The translations under genes and the position numbers were made by a program. The notes below the pieces were generated by a model. The model was not told where the DNA came from. It did no database searches and was given only the letters and a program-made list of their open reading frames with translations. Source: Candidatus Harpocratesius repetitus (GTDB lineage: Archaea; Asgardarchaeota; Lokiarchaeia; Sigyniarchaeales; Promethearchaeaceae). Taken from it: a stretch of 32,000 bases of DNA. The stretch is from NCBI GenBank assembly GCA_021498095.1, contig JAIZWK010000001.1:3720001-3752000 (forward strand), written 5' to 3'. Within the stretch, counting starts at the first letter, position 1. Every line of letters begins with the position of its first letter. This document shows, one piece after another, positions 8,052 to 17,791 of the stretch.

Positions 8052-9563
8052 ATGGTAAAGAAAATAGTGTTAGTAGGATCGAGCTCAGCTGGAAAATCCA
8101 CACTGAGAAAATGGTTTTTCGAAGGGGAAAATATCTTTAAATTATTGGAAAATCCATTAGAGCCGACAATTAGTTATGAAAACAAATCTTACCGTTTCAT
8201 TCAAGAATTATATGTGTTCGATTTAGCCGGTCAAGAAGTAGATAGATGGTTTGGGAATCAGCAAGAAATTTTTGATGAAAGTGAAGTAATTATTAATGTT
8301 ATTGATGCTCGTAGCGCTCCAAAAATAATTACAGATTACATTACAAAAGCATTACCATTACAATCTAGCCGAGTGAAAGATGCGGATATCTTTTTTCTAA
8401 TTCATAAAGTTGATCTTATTGATACATTTCAGCAGGATAAAATAACCAAGGCTTTAAACGAACTAAAACGCAAAATAAATGAACAAGAAGGTGTTAGTTT
8501 TAAATGGTATTTTACCTCTATAAAACCATCCTATTTAGTTAGCACAATAAATGCTTTCGCAGATATTTTTAAAATATCAGGTCTTGATCGAGAAGCAAAA
8601 TTGAATATTAAATTGGTTCGCCTGAATACTGAGTTATTCCAAACACTTTCTGAGAAACACGAAGTTTCGATGGAAAATTTATCATTATTGCTAAAAGGAA
8701 CTTATTCTAAAATACAAAGCTTGGTCACATCTTATAAAGATTCAGGATTATTAGAAACAAAAGAAAAAAATGGAGTAATATTTGTTTCATTGACGAAAAG
8801 GGGAGAATCCTATTATGAACAAGTTATTAAAAGTATTGAATTGTTGTTTAAAGAAGAATTACATGAAAAGATTTCAGAAGAAGTGCCTTTTGAAGAAAAA
8901 ATTCAAATACCTTCTTATTGGATTTATGGAATTATGATTAGTGACTCAAATGGAAGAACATTATTAATTGCAGAAACATCAGATAACAGTTTGAAATCAA
9001 TATTAAATCGAGCAAATAACCCACAATTCGATCTTGAGTTAATTCCGATGTTTTTGAATGCAATGTCAAAATTTGCTGAAGAAATAAATGTTAAAAATTT
9101 ATCTAGTTTTCAAATTCAAGGCGGAAATTTACAAATGTCTTCATTATCTCGAGGAAATATAACATTTACTGTATTTTCAAATCCAGAATTTAAAATAGAA
9201 TTGGTTCAAGATGAAATAACTGCAATTTTTGACGAATTCTTTAATAATAATTTAAAATATATTAATGAATTTGAAAAATCAGGAAATGCTACTCCTTTTA
9301 TGGAATTTATTCCTGAAATTAGGGAAAAGATAGAATTAGTCATTAAGAATTACGTTAAAATTTTAAAAGAAATCTCATATTTCAGTTTTGATGAAGTAAA
9401 ACGGTTATATGATGAACTTTCTCATGTAAATGAAGATAAATTAACACTAGAAGAACAATTAAAGATAAAATCGCTAAAAGTCAAATTACTAGAAACTATA
9501 TTAAAAGAAAATGCTAAAGAATTTCTTGCAATAGAAGAAGATATACGTTCATGTATCAAATAA
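8052..9563 (+). CDS. Rag/Gtr-like GTPase fused to a MarR-like winged HTH and a longin domain
   Basis: G1 GSSSAGKST, G2 EPT, G3 DLAGQE, G4 HKVD, G5 TSI. Central LFQTL..VSMENLSLLL..SKIQSLV..SGLLE...VSLTKRGE fits a wHTH. C-terminal YGIMISDSNGRTLL..LIPMFLNAMSKFAEEI..PFMEF fits a longin. ATG at 8052 follows the TTG at 8049. Confidence 0.85.
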   Translation: MVKKIVLVGSSSAGKSTLRKWFFEGENIFKLLENPLEPTISYENKSYRFIQELYVFDLAGQEVDRWFGNQQEIFDESEVIINVIDARSAPKIITDYITKALPLQSSRVKDADIFFLIHKVDLIDTFQQDKITKALNELKRKINEQEGVSFKWYFTSIKPSYLVSTINAFADIFKISGLDREAKLNIKLVRLNTELFQTLSEKHEVSMENLSLLLKGTYSKIQSLVTSYKDSGLLETKEKNGVIFVSLTKRGESYYEQVIKSIELLFKEELHEKISEEVPFEEKIQIPSYWIYGIMISDSNGRTLLIAETSDNSLKSILNRANNPQFDLELIPMFLNAMSKFAEEINVKNLSSFQIQGGNLQMSSLSRGNITFTVFSNPEFKIELVQDEITAIFDEFFNNNLKYINEFEKSGNATPFMEFIPEIREKIELVIKNYVKILKEISYFSFDEVKRLYDELSHVNEDKLTLEEQLKIKSLKVKLLETILKENAKEFLAIEEDIRSCIK

Positions 9564-9761
9564 AGAATAGAAAAATAATTTCAATTTGATCTTTGATTTG
9601 GATGTCTATAACAATCATTCTTTTAAGTCCAGTAAAATTTGAAGCAGATTCTTTTTTTTCAGCCACAGTTAATAGAATTCTATCAGAATAGAATGATGGA
9701 ATTTTTATTGATGGCAGACTTTTAATCATTAGTTAAACTAAAAAAAAAGAAGGGAAAATAA

Positions 9762-10793
9762 TTGGTCCTTAAGCGCGCAACTCAAAAAACTGAAATACAA
9801 TCGCAGATCTCATCTAAATATAAGATAATCGTTGAAGGAATCCATAAAACATACTTGTTAGGTACCACTGCAGTCCCCGCATTAAGGGGAGTTGATCTAA
9901 AAATTAAACCTGGTGAATTTGTAGGTTTAATGGGTCCATCGGGGTGTGGCAAAACAACACTTTTAAATCTAATTGGGGGTCTTGATTATCCTACTCGAGG
10001 AAAAATATACTTAGATAATCAAGATATGTCAAGATTAGATGAAAATCAACTTGCAGATTTACGTCGAGACAAAATAGGTTATGTCTTTCAATTCTATAAC
10101 CTTCTCCCTCTGTTAACTGCTTTAGAAAATGTAATGATACCCCTTCATTTTCAAGGTAGATTATCAAAACGTGCAAGAAAACGAAAAGCAATGGAATTAT
10201 TAAAACTTGTAAAACTTGATGATCGCGCTGATCACACACCCTCTGAATTATCTGGTGGAGAACAACAAAGAGTTGCAATTGCCCGTGCATTTGCTAATGA
10301 TCCATCCATAGTATTACTTGATGAACCAACAGGTGATTTAGATTCGAAAACTGGAATTGAAATATTGAATTTATTACGAGATCTGAACAGAAAAGGTGCC
10401 ACTTTTATTGCAGCAACCCATGATGCAGCGGTTTCTGAATATTGCTCCAGAGTAGTACACTTAAGAGACGGAAAGATAATTACAGGATTAGAAATCTCTG
10501 GTCTGAAGGAAACTCCTGAAATGCGTGAAGCGCGATTAAAGCTTCAAGCTCAATATAAAGAAATGTGTGAAAATAAGATTTTATCAATAGTTAGAGAACA
10601 AATACAACAGCAAAAGTATGAAATCCGATTGGCTTTTATAAAAGAGCAAATTGATGATGAAATCATTACTAATTTACCATTGCATTTTGATGATTTAGTT
10701 GAAGAATTAATTGAACGTAAAGAATTTAACGGTCAAGTTAAAAGTGGTGTTATTTATATACAAAATCCTCAACAAGGATCTGATATCGTTTAG
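9762..10793 (+). CDS. ABC transporter ATP-binding protein, LolD/MacB/SalX family, with a ~100-aa C-terminal PCI-like winged-helix extension
   Basis: Walker A GPSGCGKTT, Q-loop GYVFQFYNLL, signature LSGGEQQR, Walker B LLDEPTGDLD, H-loop ATHD. TTG start. Confidence 0.93.
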   Translation: MVLKRATQKTEIQSQISSKYKIIVEGIHKTYLLGTTAVPALRGVDLKIKPGEFVGLMGPSGCGKTTLLNLIGGLDYPTRGKIYLDNQDMSRLDENQLADLRRDKIGYVFQFYNLLPLLTALENVMIPLHFQGRLSKRARKRKAMELLKLVKLDDRADHTPSELSGGEQQRVAIARAFANDPSIVLLDEPTGDLDSKTGIEILNLLRDLNRKGATFIAATHDAAVSEYCSRVVHLRDGKIITGLEISGLKETPEMREARLKLQAQYKEMCENKILSIVREQIQQQKYEIRLAFIKEQIDDEIITNLPLHFDDLVEELIERKEFNGQVKSGVIYIQNPQQGSDIV

Positions 10794-10835
10794 TACTTTA
10801 AGAAGATTTACTTCAAGGAGATTGAAATAGCATCA

Positions 10836-13703
10836 ATGAATACATTTCTTTGGACTTATGCAATTAAAGATTTATTTCGTCAGAAAACCCGAACTTTATT
10901 CGGTATTTTGGGGATAACTGTAAGTTTACTTCTATTAACTTCTGTTTCTATTATCACAGACTCAGTCTCTTATAATTTTATTGACTTTCTTACACTCGAT
11001 GCTGGAACACAGGATATGGTTCTTTCAAAAAGACCAATTTCCACTAATGATGAAAATTTTACAGGATATTTTGATTTTCGAGAAATAATTCCAAAAATTC
11101 ATAATGCAACTAATGAAATAGGGAATATAGTTCCTAGAGGATATTTTAGAAGTGAGATTTTTAACGGAAATGAAACAATGGTGTCAAATCAAAACAAGAT
11201 GTGGATATGCGCAATAGATATTGCTTTAGAAGAAGAAATAAAATTTGGTTCATTTCAAAATTTGAATAATAACCTAAATATTTCAAATGGTTTACCTGTT
11301 AATCAATGTATAGTTTCTGAAAGTTATGCTAGAACAAATCAACTTAATATAGGAGAAAAAATCCATCTTTTCGTTAAACCATTAAACTCAACAATAAACC
11401 TTACTATTGCAAGCACATATGGTCAAAAATTGAAATTTCCTATCGACGAAGAACCTGAAATCATAGTAGATCTCACTTGGTGGGGAAACATTGCAGATTT
11501 ATTTAATAATAATTCTAATTTTGCTGAAAATAATACATGGAATTATAAAGTTAATAGATTACTACTCAAACTCAGTGATGCTGAAGGAGTGTATGATGTT
11601 CGCAATGTTAAAGGAACAGAGAGTTATATTGCTCAGATAGGTGCAAAAATCTTAACAGAATTAGGATTAGATTCGTGGAAAATGGATTATCCAAAATTAG
11701 AGTTATTGTTTGTATCTGAATTTTTAACTTTAACTATGAATATTTTATTTATCACCATTGGAATTATTTCTATGCTTATTTCAGGTATTTTAATTAATGC
11801 GATTCTTTCAACTTCTGTAGAAGAGAGAATTAAGGAGTTTGGAATAAATAGAGTACTTGGTGCACGAAAAACATATAATCTGAAATTAATCTTAATTCAA
11901 AGTTCATTTATTTCGTTTAGTGGAACAACTTTAGGAATTATTTTAGCCGCTTTAGCAATAAGATATATTGGAATACCATTTGGAGAAAGATTGCTGGTTG
12001 AAAATGGGATTTATACTTCAATTGCCTTTTTTATAGATCCAATGACAATCATTTCCTCTTATCTTATAGGTGTAGGAGTCTCAATGGTTGTCTCTATTTC
12101 TCCAGCATTAAAAGTTATGCGAATGAAAATTGTCGAAAGTATTAATCCATATAGAACATCTGATGAAGTATACCATATGGAAAAAGAAGGAAGTGCCAAT
12201 GTCCGCCTTATAATTATTGGAATTATATTGGCTGCAAATGCTGGGTTCATCTACTTCTTGCTTCCGCGAATAATTATTTCTTTTCAATTCGGAATTCTTG
12301 CCTCAGTTTTAATTATCACCATGATGGTATTCCTAATCGGCGTTTCAGTAATGGCAATCGGATTTATGCCGATATTAATTCGATTACTTGTGAAGATATT
12401 TGAAACATTTAATCAAAAACTGATGAATATTGTAAGAATCACAGTTCACAGATATCAACGTCGCAATTTGTCGACAAGTATCATGTTTGTACTCTCTTTT
12501 TCCTTTATAATTTTTACAACAAGTATGGTTCAAATCCAGATTAAACAAGTAGGTGGTTTAATTCAATATGAAGAAGGTTCAGATTTAGTCCTTCGACCAG
12601 ATAGCTATGATTTAAGAGCACCAACAGTAGCAATCACAGAAAAATTATTGCAAATAGATGGAATTGAGCGGGTTTCTTCAGTAATTGCAAGTGTAAACGA
12701 TTTAGAAGACATATATTCTGAAGAAAATAAAGATTTTGAAATCACCCTAGGGGATTATATTAACTTTCAATCTACTGAAGTAAGGATGTATGCAGTAGAT
12801 GAAAATTATATCGATACAGTTTATCAAAATTATATCATATTTACAGAAGGAAATAAAGAGTCGGCATTTAATGCTCTTTACAATACTTCTGAAATAGGAG
12901 TTATAATTTCTGCTTCAATAGCTTCAAGTCTCAGAATTCATTTAGGAGATATTGCAAGATTAACAATCACTAGAGGCACGGAAGAAGAACCATTTCTTTG
13001 CAGAATTGTTGGAGTTGCAAAGTCCATGCCCGGGATGCAATCACGCTTCAGTGAAAGCGGAATTGGTGCAGCTTTTAGAGCCGGTGGTGTTTTGATATCC
13101 CCAGAGCACTATACAGAATGCATGAACATTCCTGGTGGAAATGATGCATTTTTAGATAAAATCTTTATTAAAGTAAAATCAGGTTATGATCCTTTAAATG
13201 TTGCATCCAATATTGAATCTAAATTAAAAAATAATTATAAAATAGAAGTGGATGTTACCTCTCAAGGAATTAATGAAGCAGAGCAAGCATTTTTAGTTGT
13301 CAAATATTTATTTCTAGCAATTTTAATTGGAACTGTACTAATTGCATTATTTGGATTAATCAGTTCATCATATTCATCTATCTTAGAAAGAAAGCGAGAA
13401 ATTGGAATTTTACGAACATTAGGTCTTCATGGTCGAGAAATTGAACACTTATTCTTATTAGAAAACTTAATACTACTATTATCAAGCTCAACTTCAGGAG
13501 GTATTATCGGATATTTAATGGCGCTTGGTTTGAGTGAAAATATGACCCTTTTTATCCGAAGTCCGCGAATTATTGCCGTGCCATGGGATATTATCTTGAT
13601 TGTTTATTCAGTATCACTAGTTACTTTATTTATTGGAATGAGATGGTTAATGCGCAAATTAAGAAAGCAAAATCTAATAGAGATATTTAGAGAAACATTA
13701 TAA
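10836..13703 (+). CDS. ABC permease, FtsX/MacB (SalY/LolE-like) family, tandem two-module type (permease A)
   Basis: N-terminal RQKTRTLFGILGI before TM1, a large extracytoplasmic domain, SVEERIKEFGINRVLG and ILERKREIGILRTLG FtsX motifs, and many hydrophobic helices. Confidence 0.92.
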   Translation: MNTFLWTYAIKDLFRQKTRTLFGILGITVSLLLLTSVSIITDSVSYNFIDFLTLDAGTQDMVLSKRPISTNDENFTGYFDFREIIPKIHNATNEIGNIVPRGYFRSEIFNGNETMVSNQNKMWICAIDIALEEEIKFGSFQNLNNNLNISNGLPVNQCIVSESYARTNQLNIGEKIHLFVKPLNSTINLTIASTYGQKLKFPIDEEPEIIVDLTWWGNIADLFNNNSNFAENNTWNYKVNRLLLKLSDAEGVYDVRNVKGTESYIAQIGAKILTELGLDSWKMDYPKLELLFVSEFLTLTMNILFITIGIISMLISGILINAILSTSVEERIKEFGINRVLGARKTYNLKLILIQSSFISFSGTTLGIILAALAIRYIGIPFGERLLVENGIYTSIAFFIDPMTIISSYLIGVGVSMVVSISPALKVMRMKIVESINPYRTSDEVYHMEKEGSANVRLIIIGIILAANAGFIYFLLPRIIISFQFGILASVLIITMMVFLIGVSVMAIGFMPILIRLLVKIFETFNQKLMNIVRITVHRYQRRNLSTSIMFVLSFSFIIFTTSMVQIQIKQVGGLIQYEEGSDLVLRPDSYDLRAPTVAITEKLLQIDGIERVSSVIASVNDLEDIYSEENKDFEITLGDYINFQSTEVRMYAVDENYIDTVYQNYIIFTEGNKESAFNALYNTSEIGVIISASIASSLRIHLGDIARLTITRGTEEEPFLCRIVGVAKSMPGMQSRFSESGIGAAFRAGGVLISPEHYTECMNIPGGNDAFLDKIFIKVKSGYDPLNVASNIESKLKNNYKIEVDVTSQGINEAEQAFLVVKYLFLAILIGTVLIALFGLISSSYSSILERKREIGILRTLGLHGREIEHLFLLENLILLLSSSTSGGIIGYLMALGLSENMTLFIRSPRIIAVPWDIILIVYSVSLVTLFIGMRWLMRKLRKQNLIEIFRETL

Positions 13704-13798
13704 AATAGTTAATAATTAGGAGGCGTGAGAAAATTACTATAAAAAGAAAATTTAAAATACTTTTGCATGAGTTTTTTATTCAAAAAAACCGAAAAAGC

Positions 13799-16700
13799 AT
13801 GAAACAAAGATTAATATTGACTATTCTATTATTCTGCTTTCTTTCACCTTCAATTTTACTTAGTTTTCAAAATAATTTTATTAAAATAAGATTAGAAAAT
13901 AATAATAATAATAAAACCAAACCATCAATTTTTTCTCCAATTTCATCTGACATATCTGGAAATGAATTATATGCAGAGCAAATTAAGTTTAATATTGGTG
14001 GATCTCACAATTTAATTCAACAATCTTATTGTACTAATGACACCAACGCACTAGATGGAATTGATTTATCAGATCCTGCATTTTCTGAAGCTGCATTTTT
14101 TTTAACTCTATCGAATGGAATTATCCCTGAAATCAATCCTTATCCAATTAACAACAAGAATCCGAATTATATACCCATTTCTATGAATTACTTCAAGTTT
14201 TATCTATATTTTGAAGGAGGAAGTATTTCGAAAAATATATCCACCCAACAAGATAGAATATTAGAAATTCTTAAAAATAGACTTAAAATAGATTTTCTCC
14301 TTTTAAATAAAACTGAAGATCCTAATAAGGGATATTTATATGAATATTATGGTTTGACACCAGAATGGAGTAATTATTTTGATTTAACTTTATCAAATGT
14401 ACCTCAAGATGGATATTGGAAAACACTAGATTATGACCGAATTCTCTCAAATTCCTATTTAGATACACATTATATTCAAAGTTCATTACTTTACTTGAAG
14501 AAATTTGATTTTTTAAAGAATGGTATAAATTCAATGATTTATGATCAGATTAAATTATCATTTGATCTCTCTCCTCTACAGAGCAGTAATTCACTATTTA
14601 ATGTAGCATCTTTTCAAAATACCAATGCTGATTCAAATGATCAATCAAATACAAATTCAAGCGAGAAATCCTATATTAATAGAACAAATAATTTAATTTT
14701 CTTTTCTGTACAATATGAAGGAATTGAAAATTCTGAAATACAACAAAAATCTCACATTTATCATTTCAATCTTTTTGAAGCGTTAAATTTTAATGGTTCT
14801 GAAATTTCAATATCTTCTAAATGTTATAATTCTCCAGACGGAATATCATTAAGTAAAATCGATATTGGGTTAATATTTGGAGAAGTTACTAAAATGGAAC
14901 CAGATATTTTTCCATTCAATACAGCGAGCTTCGACCAGATTGAAAATCTTCTCTATATGTTTAATGAAGATGCAGATTTTTCGTTTTTTGATGATTACAG
15001 TTTCAAAGTCAAATGGATTACAAAAAATTCGTTAACCATGTTATCAACTGTTCCTGTAAATTATAAAAATAGTTCAGATTATGTAAATTTCTTAGAATTA
15101 CTTATGGATTTTCCAGAACTGGCATCATTACTTAATATTTCAATGGATGTTTCGGGAGGTTTTGGATTTGGATTATCTGGCAGTTATATTGCTCCAATTG
15201 AAGAGCTTTCATTCGATTATATCATTGCTCCAGTTGAACCATCTCTTGAAATTAGGAAAGAGATTAAATCAGGCAAACCAACAAATGTTTTAGATGCAAA
15301 CAATAGTCCAACAATAGATGTCGTTGTAAGTAATCCAAATAACTTCTCAGTTTGGGGAAAAGAACTTAATTTAACTGCATTAGGAATTACAAACAATCCA
15401 ACAGCAAAATTAACTATTTTAGGTTTAGATCAAAATATGTTTGAATTAATGGGTTATAACAGTGATTTAATTGTTAATATTTTAGAATCTCTAGGTTATA
15501 CCATTGAAGATCTCTTTCATCAAGACAATCCGCGCTTTTTTATGTTGGATTTGAACAATACAGGAAACTATAATACGCTTTATCCAAATCTTCTAGATCT
15601 AAATGTTAATAGATTATTTCCTTACAGTCCTGAATTTACTCAACTTCTTATCGATAATGCAGATGCATTTGGTAGAATTGCATTGAACCCACAGATTTGG
15701 AATTCTTCAGAAAGTATCTTCAATCCAGAGAATTGGAAATTAGACCCAGGTGAAAACTTCTCAATTACAATAAATAGTGGTCTTTTAAATGTGAGCGATA
15801 AATATGCTAAGATTCAAGGATTCTCATTAAATACTCGATCACCTCATGAACCAATTATTGCAATAGGTCAAGAAAATATAGAAACTTCAGCCAATAATAC
15901 ATTTTTTCCAAATGATGATTTATTCTGGGAAATTTCTTCTGAATACTACGGAAATACATACCAGATTCAACAATATCTTTTTTTTAATAATAATACAAAA
16001 ATTCTTCATATTAATAATAATACAATAAGTCTGGATGCGATTTTTCTAAATTTAATTGCAAAGAGTAGCAATCAAGATACAAGTTTCCAAATTGAAATCT
16101 ACAATCATGATTATACAGGAGAAAACAGAGATGGATTTCAATCAATTTTAAGTGGAACTATAGGTAATGAAATGACTCAGATTAATTTAACACTATCAAA
16201 TAATGACTACAATTTAAGCAATTTCTGGGATAAAAATCAGAATATGGATATTTTGTTCAGAATTACATATGAAAATAATGAACCCTTCAACTTCTATCTT
16301 GATTTTATTCAAGTAGAATTTCAAGATCGTATAAATCAAAGAATTTTTCATAATCAATCTCAAATACTTTATTGTTCATCATATGGAAATAATCAGTACT
16401 TCAGTAAATCGAACTCAATTACATTAATGACTTCTCAAAGTGCAATTATATCAATATCAAGCCAAATTTCATTAATAGATAATAAATCTTCACTGTATTT
16501 GTATAACGTATCCTTAGAAAATATTGGAACACTTCCTGCATATAATATTACGGTAAAATTGCTCCAGATGGGCAGAATTCCGAATTTACTTAATCATACA
16601 CTAATACAAATTGCAAATAAAACAACATTTCAAAGTATTGCTGGAAATTATTCTTTAACAGAAGGAATTTTATCATTTTCATATAGAAATTTAACAAACC

Positions 16701-17791
16701 AGCAGAAAATTCAAAATATTTCATTGTTATTTTATCTTCCAAATAGTATTATTTTTCCTTCACTAAATGTAAGTTGGAATAACGAAATTCAATTTAATGA
16801 AACAAATACTCAAATGAATGCAATTTCATATCAAGATTTCCTTTCATTCCCTTTAGATTATAATAAATCGAGAAATTATAATCCACTATATCAATTATTA
16901 ATCGAATATCTCAATCCAGATGATTCTAGTTATTATAAAATAAATCAGAATGTTTCTATATTTATTCGTATTTCTAACTTAAATTCAGAGTCGATTTTTG
17001 GAATAGATCTTCAATTTAGCAAATCTTTTGAAGGATGGCAATATTTGAACCAATCAGATCATATTTATATAAATGAATTAAGTTATAATCAATCTAAAAC
17101 GATTGAATTAATCTTTTTTAAGATAAATACTCGTGGATATTTGCTCCCTTCAGCATTCCAAATTCATTGTGAAGAGAATAGTTTATTACAAGTATTTTTA
17201 CCGCCACCTCTTTTACTAGGTCATTTTGAGGTAGAATTAACTAAAGCAATTTCCCAAGATGTGTTAATAACAGGGGATTATATTGAAATTACAATAAATA
17301 TTAAGAATTCAGGAACAATTCCTTTATCGGATGTAATTATTGATGATGCGGATTCATATTTTGCAGGAGCATTTATCTTATATGAAGGTATAACACTTCA
17401 AGAAATTAGTTTTCTTGACATAAATCAAACCTTTGAATTTCATTATTCGCTTAGAGCTTTACATTCAAAGGGTTCTTATAGTATACGTCCTGCAGAAATA
17501 TCATATTTCTTCGGATCTTTATATTACGTTTATAGTAATTCGATTTTAGTTAAAATTCAAGAGCCTTATATATTGATAGTAGCAAAAATTATCAGTCCGA
17601 TATTAGTAGGTGGATTAGCGTTATTTTTAACATATAAGTATAAAATTCATTATTCAAAAGAAGATTTTGAATATCAACGCCGTGAAAGTTTGTTATTTGG
17701 TCAATCATTAAGAGAATCTTCATGGCATCGAAAGAATCTAACAGAATTTTTCAATGAGCAAATGGAAAAAGGTGGAAAAAAAAATGAGTAA
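13799..17791 (+). CDS. Large membrane-anchored cell-surface glycoprotein with C-terminal DUF11/CARDB/BatD-like Ig domains
   Basis: Signal-like MKQRLILTILLFCFLSPSILL from ATG 13799 (track start 13763 is TTG). Many N-x-S/T sequons. VELTKAISQDVLITGDYIEITINIKNSG is a DUF11-type motif. TM helix at about 17570-17640, then a ~50-aa charged tail. Confidence 0.85.
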   Translation: MKQRLILTILLFCFLSPSILLSFQNNFIKIRLENNNNNKTKPSIFSPISSDISGNELYAEQIKFNIGGSHNLIQQSYCTNDTNALDGIDLSDPAFSEAAFFLTLSNGIIPEINPYPINNKNPNYIPISMNYFKFYLYFEGGSISKNISTQQDRILEILKNRLKIDFLLLNKTEDPNKGYLYEYYGLTPEWSNYFDLTLSNVPQDGYWKTLDYDRILSNSYLDTHYIQSSLLYLKKFDFLKNGINSMIYDQIKLSFDLSPLQSSNSLFNVASFQNTNADSNDQSNTNSSEKSYINRTNNLIFFSVQYEGIENSEIQQKSHIYHFNLFEALNFNGSEISISSKCYNSPDGISLSKIDIGLIFGEVTKMEPDIFPFNTASFDQIENLLYMFNEDADFSFFDDYSFKVKWITKNSLTMLSTVPVNYKNSSDYVNFLELLMDFPELASLLNISMDVSGGFGFGLSGSYIAPIEELSFDYIIAPVEPSLEIRKEIKSGKPTNVLDANNSPTIDVVVSNPNNFSVWGKELNLTALGITNNPTAKLTILGLDQNMFELMGYNSDLIVNILESLGYTIEDLFHQDNPRFFMLDLNNTGNYNTLYPNLLDLNVNRLFPYSPEFTQLLIDNADAFGRIALNPQIWNSSESIFNPENWKLDPGENFSITINSGLLNVSDKYAKIQGFSLNTRSPHEPIIAIGQENIETSANNTFFPNDDLFWEISSEYYGNTYQIQQYLFFNNNTKILHINNNTISLDAIFLNLIAKSSNQDTSFQIEIYNHDYTGENRDGFQSILSGTIGNEMTQINLTLSNNDYNLSNFWDKNQNMDILFRITYENNEPFNFYLDFIQVEFQDRINQRIFHNQSQILYCSSYGNNQYFSKSNSITLMTSQSAIISISSQISLIDNKSSLYLYNVSLENIGTLPAYNITVKLLQMGRIPNLLNHTLIQIANKTTFQSIAGNYSLTEGILSFSYRNLTNQQKIQNISLLFYLPNSIIFPSLNVSWNNEIQFNETNTQMNAISYQDFLSFPLDYNKSRNYNPLYQLLIEYLNPDDSSYYKINQNVSIFIRISNLNSESIFGIDLQFSKSFEGWQYLNQSDHIYINELSYNQSKTIELIFFKINTRGYLLPSAFQIHCEENSLLQVFLPPPLLLGHFEVELTKAISQDVLITGDYIEITINIKNSGTIPLSDVIIDDADSYFAGAFILYEGITLQEISFLDINQTFEFHYSLRALHSKGSYSIRPAEISYFFGSLYYVYSNSILVKIQEPYILIVAKIISPILVGGLALFLTYKYKIHYSKEDFEYQRRESLLFGQSLRESSWHRKNLTEFFNEQMEKGGKKNE

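Noticed and set aside
13718-13742. Strong SD-like AGGAGG followed by GTG at 13725
   Set aside because: The GTG frame closes after five codons (TAA) and is out of frame with the downstream gene, so it is not a credible start.
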